From Candidatus Dadabacteria bacterium (GTDB taxonomy: Bacteria > Desulfobacterota_D > UBA1144 > Nemesobacterales > CSP1-2): a DNA stretch of 64,000 bases. Location of the stretch: NCBI GenBank assembly GCA_040289575.1, contig PSLL01000006.1, positions 30,405 through 94,404 of the forward strand, given 5' to 3'. A program made the position numbers and the translations under genes. A model generated the notes under the pieces. It saw only the letters and a list, made by a program, of their open reading frames with translations, was not told the DNA's origin and ran no database searches. Every line of letters begins with the position of its first letter. Positions within the stretch are counted from its first letter, which is position 1. Below, in pieces: positions 9,652 to 18,181 of this stretch.

Positions 9652-10266
9652 TCAATTAATGATCTCATCAGGTCTGACAAACTCAAATCCCAAATCAGAA
9701 AGAGACTCGATTACACCGGGAAGAGCCTTAACTACCTCCATGCGCTCCGCATTTTCCCTTATCTCATCCCCATCGTGGAGTACGATAATAGAGCCGTCCT
9801 TTACAGACCTTTTCACTCTCCATATAATCCTTTCAGCCGTCGTGCTCCTTTTCCAATCATATGCCACCACATCAAAGGGAACGATTTTGAATCCGAGCCT
9901 TTTTAGCCTCTTTAGGAAAAACGGGCTTGCTAAACCATGGGGAGGTCTAAAAAACCTACTGTCTTTTCCCAGAATGTCAGTGATTATTTCCTGAGTCCTT
10001 AGAGTCTCGCCGAAGGCAAGCCCACTAAGGGTTAAAAAGAGGGAATGAGAGAAGGTATGATTCCCCACTATGTGGCCCCCTTCATCTATCCGCCTCACAA
10101 GGTGTGGATACTTCCGGGCATTAGCACCGCAGACAAAAAAGGCAGACTTTACCTCATAGCGCCTTAGGATTTCTAAAACTCTGGGGGTTATTTCCGGATT
10201 CGGACCGTCGTCAAAACTGAGAGCAACCCTTTTAGGCTTCATAATAAAAGGATTTATATTCTTCAC
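9652..10266 (-). CDS. Polysaccharide deacetylase (CE4/NodB)
   Basis: LSFDDGP, GNHTFSH, FFRPPHG, DW, IIVLHDG motifs. Confidence 0.93.
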   Translation of the reverse strand: MKNINPFIMKPKRVALSFDDGPNPEITPRVLEILRRYEVKSAFFVCGANARKYPHLVRRIDEGGHIVGNHTFSHSLFLTLSGLAFGETLRTQEIITDILGKDSRFFRPPHGLASPFFLKRLKRLGFKIVPFDVVAYDWKRSTTAERIIWRVKRSVKDGSIIVLHDGDEIRENAERMEVVKALPGVIESLSDLGFEFVRPDEIIN

Positions 10267-11809
10267 CGCTCGATGACCTCGGAAGTTTCTTGATTTTCAG
10301 CTTTTCAATTAGGTCCTTACCCTTTATAGATATAGTCTTTTCAAGCACCACCGCTCTTTCCTTAATCGGCTTTACCCTTGCCTCCACCATCGGATTCTTA
10401 AAAGGAAATACTATGACAAAAAGCGAGAGACAAAAGGCGAACCACAAGAGCCAGTATCTATCGGAGATGAACTTCTCTTCTCTAATCGGATGGAGCCTTG
10501 CGAACTTCTCAGGTTTTTTGAGAAATATCCTGGCCAAGCCATTAGGAAAATACTGAACCATAGCAATGAAAAGCCCTTTTCCATAGCGCCGCCCGGAGGT
10601 CTCAACACGAAATCCCATGTCAAGCCTAACCTTGCCAACGCTCCTGAGACGCTGAGATAGATCGGCATCTTCACTGAGTTTGAGTTTTGTGTTAAACCCC
10701 CCTATCTTAAGGAAAGCCTCTTTTCTCACTGCTAGATTAGCCCCAGAAAGCGTCCATCCGCCTGAGAAGATACGGTCAAATATCCAAGGAATAAAAATCA
10801 GATAGCGCACGGCAAACCGGGCTAAAAATGGACCATTGTAGAGGGAATGAAATCCTCCAAAAGCCACAAGCTCCGGATCGTTGTTGAATTCCCCTAAGAT
10901 CTTTGAAAGCCAGTTGGGAGGCACTACAGTATCGGCATCCGTAGTGGCAATAATAGGAGCCTTAGCAGCCATAAATCCGGCCTGCCGACTATAACCTACA
11001 CCCTCTTTAGGTTCAAACACCACCCTTGCCCCAAAACGCTCTGCTATTTGTCCAGTCTGATCCCGAGAGTTATTGTCAACAACGATCAGTTCAAAATCTT
11101 TAAAATCTTGATTCATCAGACTAATGAGCGTTCTCTCTATGAATCTTTCTTCATTGAAAGCCGGAATGACAACGGATATCTGGGGATTCTCAGGATTCTT
11201 ATGAAATGCACACACGCCGTTTATCAGTACGGTCCCTAATTTGGAGGATTTGTTTATACCCCTCTTTTTTCTTTTGAGAAGGAGGCGAAATCTCTCAAGG
11301 GAAAAATATCCAACGAATCCTCCGAGCGTCCAAAACAGCGGATCCATGATTCCGTCGTGTATTATCTGGGACCGACTTACGTTGTGGTGAAGGTAATGGT
11401 CAGCAAAATCTCCTATCTCTTTAATACATCCTATGGCGAGCGCAGCAGTCCATGTATCAAACGCATATCCGACTATGGTCCCAAGCAGAAAATGCACGCC
11501 TTCATCATTCGAGTTTATCTTCTTTTCCGTAACTATCCTCTCCTCATCAGAGGAAAATCCAAGGGATTTATAGATCTCAAAATTATCAAATAGATTCGTC
11601 CTAAGTGTTAAAAAAACCAGAATTAGAATCAATGCGGAAATAAAAAGCTCATCCTTTAATATCCGACCCCTCATTGTGGCCAGCGTCTTAATTAATTTCC
11701 GAAGAATATATCTTTTTCCTCCAAACACACCTTCTCTTGTCAGAAACACTACCGTAATAAGAACCGAGACAAATAATAGGCCTAAGATATCCATGCGCTT
11801 ATTATACAA
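10232..11809 (-). CDS. Glycosyltransferase family 2 with an N-terminal multi-TM (YfiM/VanZ-like) domain
   Basis: GT2 core ISVVIPAFNEE, VVDNNSRD, TTDADT, GANLAVRK..F.KIGGF, SEDADL, TSGRR. The N-terminal ~190 aa are hydrophobic with an H...KE..D...D pattern. The start position is uncertain. Confidence 0.85.
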   Translation of the reverse strand: MYNKRMDILGLLFVSVLITVVFLTREGVFGGKRYILRKLIKTLATMRGRILKDELFISALILILVFLTLRTNLFDNFEIYKSLGFSSDEERIVTEKKINSNDEGVHFLLGTIVGYAFDTWTAALAIGCIKEIGDFADHYLHHNVSRSQIIHDGIMDPLFWTLGGFVGYFSLERFRLLLKRKKRGINKSSKLGTVLINGVCAFHKNPENPQISVVIPAFNEERFIERTLISLMNQDFKDFELIVVDNNSRDQTGQIAERFGARVVFEPKEGVGYSRQAGFMAAKAPIIATTDADTVVPPNWLSKILGEFNNDPELVAFGGFHSLYNGPFLARFAVRYLIFIPWIFDRIFSGGWTLSGANLAVRKEAFLKIGGFNTKLKLSEDADLSQRLRSVGKVRLDMGFRVETSGRRYGKGLFIAMVQYFPNGLARIFLKKPEKFARLHPIREEKFISDRYWLLWFAFCLSLFVIVFPFKNPMVEARVKPIKERAVVLEKTISIKGKDLIEKLKIKKLPRSSSGEEYKSFYYEA

Positions 11810-12020
11810 TTATATAGCCCTTAATCAAGAAAAATTTTAACCTAAATTTGCCACAAGGCCGGACTGTCTATTGCCAGGTGAAAAGAAGTCTAAGCGCCTT
11901 TGTAATTAGCCATTCTTGTGGGATAATAGAATCCATCTATAATAAGCAAGAATGGCTAAATCGGTGCGGCATAAAATTCATATCTCAGCTTTCTGATTTG
12001 CAAAAGCCAAGGAGGAATTT

Positions 12021-12677
12021 ATGGAATTAACTACGGAATTCATAAGGATTTTTATACACCTCGATAAGTATCTGAGTACGGTCATAGAGAACTATGGAGT
12101 CTGGACTAATTTAATCCTTTTTATCATCATCTTTTGTGAAACCGGCCTTGTAGTGACCCCCTTTCTCCCCGGAGACTCCCTACTCTTTGCCGCGGGCACT
12201 TTCGCATCTGTCGGATCGCTTGAGTTCAGATGGCTGCTCATACTCCTTACCATAGCAGCCGTGTTGGGAGATACCGTAAATTATTCCATAGGACACCTTG
12301 TGGGTCCAAGGATTTTCTATAAGGAAGAGGTTCGCTTCTTGAATAAAAAATATTTAGAGCGCGCACACGAGTTCTATGAAAAGCACGGTGGGAAGGCGGT
12401 TATTTTGGCAAGGTTCATCCCTATCATTCGCACATTTGTGCCATTTGTAGCGGGTATTGCGAATATGAGGTATTTGCGTTTTCTCAGTTACAACATAATA
12501 GGGGGCATTATCTGGGTTTTCTTTCTTGTCTCTGCCGGTTACTTTTTCGGTAATATTCCGATTGTCAAACAGAATTTCACGCTAGTCATATACTTAATTA
12601 TTTTCATATCAATCCTGCCCGGCATAATTGAATTCTTGCGCAGCCGTCAGCATTCTGCACAACGGTTACGGTTATAG
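12021..12677 (+). CDS. dedA: DedA family membrane protein
   Basis: FCETGLVVTPFLPGDSLLFAAG, GDTVNY, ARFIPIIRTFVPFVAG. RBS AAGGAGG. Confidence 0.95.
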   Translation: MELTTEFIRIFIHLDKYLSTVIENYGVWTNLILFIIIFCETGLVVTPFLPGDSLLFAAGTFASVGSLEFRWLLILLTIAAVLGDTVNYSIGHLVGPRIFYKEEVRFLNKKYLERAHEFYEKHGGKAVILARFIPIIRTFVPFVAGIANMRYLRFLSYNIIGGIIWVFFLVSAGYFFGNIPIVKQNFTLVIYLIIFISILPGIIEFLRSRQHSAQRLRL

Positions 12678-12740
12678 ATATTTGTAGTAGCATGGGTTGA
12701 TGCGCCGTTATAAAACACATACAGCCTATTCGGAAGAGAT

Positions 12741-14570
12741 TCATTGGGAACTGTATTCAATCGCAAATTCAAACTCCGGGAAAAGCTTCGGGAGTTTCAT
12801 AAGATTAAAAGTAAAAAGGCCTACAGCCAATCTATCAAACCAAGATGATAGGGGCCATCCAAAGTGGATTACAAACCTCTTTTCCGGAAGGTCGGCTCTG
12901 AGCGTATAGAGAATTGCGAGAATAGAATGATAAACCCCCTGAGCTTTAAATATAGGGAACCTGAAATAGTTTTCATCCAACTTGGGCGGTATCCCCTGCC
13001 TCGGAGAGAAAAAGGTTATGAAAAAAGCATCCTTTCTCAGCTCGTCTTTCTTCTCGCCAGGCCTTTTAAAGTATATGTGGATTGTGTTTTCATTGCACTC
13101 AGCAATCCTCGCAATAAGTTCCATAGGGAAATCCGTCCTTTCTATCTCTTTAATCTCAGGTGCCCTCTTCCTCGCAACTTGCGTCCCGGCTATGAGGAAG
13201 AAAACCACCGAAATCGCCCATAGACCAGTTCCATATGGTTTATGAAAGGCAAGATAAATAAAGCACGCAAGGAAAACTAAAAAGATAAAGAGCGTCCCAA
13301 TACGAGATGTAGAATATTCTCTTATCTCCTGAGTCCCTTTAAAGAAGCGATATATTAAAAGGCTTCCCATGTTTATACAGAAGCTGGCAAGAAGCCCTAT
13401 TGCATACATCTCAGCAAGGATTGCCTGAGCGCCACCTGTGACAATAAGGATTATCGAGTAGAAGATCGCGCTAAGCAGATGAATCCTATAGAGCGACCCC
13501 TGAGAATTTGTCTTTATGAGCTAAATAAACCCGTAGCGATGAGCCACACGTTCAAGCAGCTCGCTCGATGCGACGAATGCAGTATTTACAGCCATCATAA
13601 GGGTTATACTCGCCAAAAAGCCAACTGCCAAGCTAAAGGCTGGACTACCTACAACTCCTGCATAATGCGTAATGAGGTCTTCTTCATGAGCATGAAAATC
13701 AATCGGAGATGAAAGAACGAGTGTCGAAACAAGAGGAGTAATAACCCCAACGGTGAGTGCAAGAAATATATAAGCCTTCCCAATATCGCGCCAACTCTTT
13801 ACAAGTCCAGCTGTCTGTATAACAGATTCAACCCCTGAATAAGCCAAAACGGAGCTCCCTACTCCTACGGTAACAGCGTATATCGCATGAAAGATATTAT
13901 GCTCGGTAAGGTCTCTATATACATCATTAAAACTCCCTTTTATTACCCCTATGCTTTCTGACGTAAGATTAAAAAAACCAAGAGTAATAAGGTTGAGCAC
14001 GATAAAGATGGCTCCTACGAATATAGAGAAAGTGAATCTCGCATTCTCCTTTATTCCGATGATATTGAGTCCAGCAATAAACCAGATTATAGCAAACGGA
14101 AGAACAGCCCTCACAAATGGAGAGAGCGATAAGAATGTTGTTCCGTTTGCTGCGGCGCTCACAGATGAGATACAGGCCGTAAGTATGTAGTCAACCATAA
14201 TAGAGGCAACGGCAATAAATGAGACTGTAGGACCTAGCACAAGGTATGAGAACGAGTAAACGCCTCCGCCTTTTATCCCATTTTTCTCGAGAATTTCTGC
14301 AATCTCAGTCATTCGAGTCGTCAAGTACCGAATGAGAACAGCAGTAAAAATAAGAAAAAATATCGCCTTATTTCCTATGAATCTATGCGCTTCACTCGGG
14401 GCATAGAATATGGATGTAAATTCATCCATAAATGTGATGATACCAACGGAGAGCCAGGTAAGCCACCATCTGCCCCCTCTGAGGTACGAAAGGAGATTAC
14501 GCACCCGAAGGAGTCTGATAAATAGAATCAGTAGAAGGAGATTAAGCCCTAAGAGGACAAGTTCTTTCAT
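12741..14570 (-). pseudogene. APC-superfamily permease, KimA/YdaO-like (putative K+ transporter), interrupted by one in-frame TAG
   Basis: ORFs 13521-14570 and 12741-13409 are in the same frame. Reading through TAG 13521-13523 gives HRYGFI*LIKTNSQGSLYRIH...LAEMYAIG, about 609 codons in total. Motifs FMDEFTSIFYAP, GGGVY, VDYILT and SGVES match the KimA family. Confidence 0.8.
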
Positions 14571-14648
14571 AAGGGGTTCTATCTGTAAAGCAGAGGAGTC
14601 TTATGATCCTGATGTCGGAAATCAAAGAATCAAAAAAGCTATATTTCA

Positions 14649-14776
14649 TCTTCTCTCCCGACGCCTGCGGGGTTAGCTGACGGGCTCGGGTCTGGAGAAT
14701 AACCCTACATTTATCATGATTCGCCCCAAAATCCTGGGTTCCCCGCTTTCCCACTTTCCGGGAAATTCGGCGAAGA
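14649..14776 (-). ncRNA. c-di-AMP riboswitch (ydaO-yuaA leader)
   Basis: The minus strand reads TCTTCGCCGAAT...GGGAAAGCGGGGAACCCAGGATTTTGGGGCGAATC...GTAGGGTTATTCTCCAGACCCGAGCCCGTCAGCTAACCCCGCAGGCGTCGGGAGAGAAG. This matches the ydaO consensus blocks (GGGGAACC, TTTGGGG.GAATC, GTAGGG, CCCG..CCCGTCAGCTAACC.CG.AGGCG), and it lies upstream of a KimA-like gene. Confidence 0.93.
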
Positions 14777-14788
14777 CTTAGGGCATCT

Positions 14789-14817
14789 AGTTTAATTCAT
14801 TTAATCCCTTCGGTCAA
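14789..14817 (-). promoter_or_regulatory. Sigma70 promoter driving the riboswitch leader
   Basis: TTGACC (14817-14812), 17 nt spacer, TAAACT (14794-14789). The predicted start near 14782 is just 5' of the aptamer. Confidence 0.65.
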
Positions 14818-14915
14818 TCTCTTTATTAGAATCCGGCGGAATTGGCGTCATATTAAGAGGATTCATATTAAAAATTTGGGTACATTGCAATGTCAATAAG
14901 AGCCTTCTTAGAAAG

Positions 14916-15059
14916 TCACATAAGTAATTGCCTTAAAAAATCTACTACTTTCCTTGCAATGGACTCATTTCTCACCACAACCACTATTATCTTGAGCGCA
15001 AGAACTAGGAGTAGGCACATAACTATTAAGCTCAAAACATCTATAAGCTCATCCCTCAT
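14916..15059 (-). CDS. Small single-TM membrane protein (47 aa), not in the ORF track
   Basis: MRDELIDVLSLIVMCLLLVLALKIIVVVVRNESIARKVVDFLRQLLM*. A G-rich SD-like element (AGGGGGGGTG) lies a few nt upstream of the ATG. Confidence 0.55.
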   Translation of the reverse strand: MRDELIDVLSLIVMCLLLVLALKIIVVVVRNESIARKVVDFLRQLLM

Positions 15060-15455
15060 TATACACCCCCCCTAGGGCACAAACGTCAGTGCAGTCCTCT
15101 ATTGCTTAGATGGTAAAAAGGGTTCAATTACTTGGGGTTCTATCTATATCTTCCCGTTTTCTTCTCCGCCTCGTATAGAGATCGCCCAAATTTTCATACC
15201 CTTTTTACAATAACCCGGTCGCCAACTTGCATCCTTTTGATCCTATTACCTATCGCTTCAACCTTGAAGACCCAAGACAATGAAGAAAGCTATTATTCTT
15301 TTCATTATTTTCTTACCTCTTTTCCCGGAGAATCAAATAGATTTGGGAATTCCCCGATGTCATTTTGAAGGAGGAAGAGACTATTCAGGGAACCCCTCAT
15401 GGAGCGAAATAAATACTCGTCTAAAGCCGTATCACATATCCAACCGACCCGGAAT

Positions 15456-16061
15456 CTAGTAAAGTCCCATTTGATATTTCTTGTTTCCATCCGGTACGTA
15501 ATGGCCTAGGGCTAAAAATAAACCGAGCAAAAGCGGCTCTATTTGATCCCTGAAGTCTATAATGTCCTGAATATAGCTCCTCGGGCTATTTTGCCACGCA
15601 AAGAATCTGCTGAACACGGCCTTGAGTTTTATCTTTGATTCGCGTGAATTAAAATCCCAGTTGAAATACCCTCCGAGCGGAAAGAAGATTTTCATGAAAA
15701 AGAGTTGCTTTATTACATGTTGTTTCCCTACATGATCCAAATCAAACCATCCTGTTCTAACCCAGCTATACCCATTGCCAAATGCCTCAGCCAATCCGCC
15801 TACAAGCCCAAGCCTCTCCGCAGCGGCTGACACAAGGGCGGAGAACACATAACCGGCTTCTGGTGTGAAGTATCCATAGGTCTGAAATTTATTCTCCATA
15901 CGAATGAGATTCTCAACCAGAGGCGAGCCTTTAATCTCAGTAAGCCTGTTATTTATGGGATTTTCAGAATCAAATTCCCCTATATCACCACACACCTCAA
16001 GTGAAGACCTGATATTTCCCCATTCCCTTTTTGCTATTTGAAATGGTCTTATTATTTCCAT
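15456..16061 (-). CDS. Hypothetical protein (201 aa)
   Basis: Long ORF with SD GAGGT and an aromatic-rich, protein-like composition. No recognised family. Confidence 0.7.
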   Translation of the reverse strand: MEIIRPFQIAKREWGNIRSSLEVCGDIGEFDSENPINNRLTEIKGSPLVENLIRMENKFQTYGYFTPEAGYVFSALVSAAAERLGLVGGLAEAFGNGYSWVRTGWFDLDHVGKQHVIKQLFFMKIFFPLGGYFNWDFNSRESKIKLKAVFSRFFAWQNSPRSYIQDIIDFRDQIEPLLLGLFLALGHYVPDGNKKYQMGLY

Positions 16062-16203
16062 AATCTTTACCTCTTTAATTAATTCCAGCCAATCTCCCTA
16101 AGTCGGCTCCAATCAATTAACTCAACAGCTAATCGGCAATAAAAAGGGTATTTTTAAAACGACAAATTACGGATAATTAGAAATCGTGTAAGCTGAAATA
16201 AGT

Positions 16204-16614
16204 TTAAGAATATAAAGGAGGAGACCTTAAAGAAGATGATACAAAAAATTCAATGTGGGGAGAATGCCTTACTCCATCAAAGATGGTCAACAGGTATGAA
16301 TTAAGGGAACAAACCAAAGACCTAAAATTTCGCGATGAGAGTTGCTTAAAAGATTTTTTGGGATCCTTTACCGTGGAATTATCTTCAAAAATAACGTATT
16401 TCTTTTGAATCAAACCATATAAAGGGTGCACACGATGAATGGATGCACTCGAAGTAAAAAGCCAGTGGCTCTCTTGTCCTTTATAGTGGAAAACTAGCCC
16501 TAAAGTTCCCACTAAAGCAAACACAATTAAAATGCATAAATATCCCCCGGCGTTATCCAACCAGATAAGAGTGTTATATTTGGAAATTATATGCTTAAGG
16601 TCTTTAGCCTCCAC
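16204..16614 (-). CDS. Hypothetical membrane-anchored protein ending in an RSPP motif
   Basis: 136 aa with one TM segment (YLCILIVFALVGTLGLVF) and C-terminus SSLRSPPLYS. Confidence 0.55.
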   Translation of the reverse strand: MEAKDLKHIISKYNTLIWLDNAGGYLCILIVFALVGTLGLVFHYKGQESHWLFTSSASIHRVHPLYGLIQKKYVIFEDNSTVKDPKKSFKQLSSRNFRSLVCSLNSYLLTIFDGVRHSPHIEFFVSSSLRSPPLYS

Positions 16615-16746
16615 ACCTCAACTCCGCGCAAGCTTTAATAAATTATAAATCACAAACTAAGCACATATATTAATTTATGTTAAAACAATAAAGTATTTTA
16701 CTTAAATGTCAAGGGATAATTTTTATCTCAGGATAGTTTTATTAGT

Positions 16747-18065
16747 TTAGTTCTCAGGCGGGACAGTTAATTCAGCCGCCCTCTGAATCCCCTCCGCCAC
16801 CTCTGGAATAATGCCCATCTTTACATAAATCGGGCGCACTACCTTCCTCAGTGCCGGAAGCTTCTTTGTAAACAGAATCGAGCCCAAGATACAAAAGACC
16901 CCACCAATAATTAGGGTATTAGGGGCGCCTATTTTACTCGCCAGTCCCCCCGCCAATAGGCTGCCAAAGGGTGCCATGCCAATAAGCGCCATCGTATAGA
17001 AGCTCATTAGGCGTCCGCGCTTATCCTCATCTACAATAGTCTGCAAAATAGTGTTGCTCGATGCCATCTGTACCATCATCCCGAAACCGACTATCAACAC
17101 AAGCAGCATAGAAAGCCAAAAGACATGGGACAATGAAAATCCGATAAGTCCAATCCCAAATACGGCTGAAGTGAGTGCGATTATCTTTCCCAATCCGCGA
17201 ACGGTTTCCCGCGATGCGAGGTAAATTGAGCCCGACAATGCCCCCACGCCCGATGCAGCCATTAAAAAGCCCAGTGTGTGAGGCCCTCCATGAAGAACGT
17301 CTGATGCAAAAATAGGCATCAGTACCATGTAAGGCATTCCCATTAGACTGACTAAAGCTAGCAAAAGCAAGATAGCCCTTGTAGGCGCAAAACCGAGGGC
17401 ATAACTAAATCCCTCTTTTAATCCCTCTATTATATCTGTACCCTGTGGCTCTATCCCTCTGGGTGTAACTCTCATAGCCAATAGGGATGCAATAACTGCA
17501 ATGTAACTTATACCGTCAATAAGAAAGCATATCCCCTCACCGGCAGCGGCTATTAGTATTCCAGCTATGGAAGGCCCAAGCAGTCTACCATAGACGAATT
17601 TAGGGCAATGGCATTTCCTAAATCCTCTTTATTCTCTACCATCTCTATTACAAACGACTGACGCCCAGGCATATCAAAGGCATTAACCAATCCCTGTAAT
17701 ATGCTTAATGCAATGATATGCCAAACGGTGATAATGCCACTCATAGTGAGAACCGCTAAAGCAAATGACTGTACCATTGAGAGCACCTGTGTAATAACCA
17801 AGATTCTATGCCGATTCCACCTATCAACTAAAACACCCGCAATGGGGGTCAAAAGAAACGTGGGGATTTGCCCGGCGAATCCAACCATGCCCAGTAGGAA
17901 AGCCGAGCCGGTCAGCCGATAAACCAGCCAGCTCGTTGCGGTTCGAGTTATCCATGTGCCAATTAGTGAAACAGTTTGGCCGCCGAAGAAGAGACGATAA
18001 TTCCTAGAACGGAGTGCGCGAAAGATCAGATTTAGTCTCGTTAAATTGGGTTTATCGGATTTCAT
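16747..18065 (-). pseudogene. MFS transporter (DHA3/MFS_3-like), frameshifted by a short deletion
   Basis: The N-half (RALRSRNYRLFFGGQTVSLIGTW...NAIALNSSMV) switches frame at about 17586 into RLLGPSIAGILIA..., and that frame stays open to 16747. The usual 'NxA' residues between V and R are missing. Confidence 0.85.
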
Positions 18066-18125
18066 CCTTAATTATAGCGTATGACATTTATGTAAATGGA
18101 AATTACGCAGACCGACAAAAACAAC

Positions 18126-18151
18126 GGGGACGACTTGCCGGTCGCCCCTAC
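18126..18151. repeat. GTAG-type REP palindrome (degenerate)
   Basis: GGGGACGACTTGCCGGTCGCCCCTAC, intergenic between the RND and MFS genes. Confidence 0.65.
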
Positions 18152-18181
18152 AATCAATTGAAGGAACAATTTCGGATAAAA

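Noticed and set aside
14542..14754. A 70-aa CDS starting at GTG 14754
   Set aside because: Its first half is the riboswitch aptamer. Only the part from ATG 14649 is a plausible uORF, which is reported as a finding.
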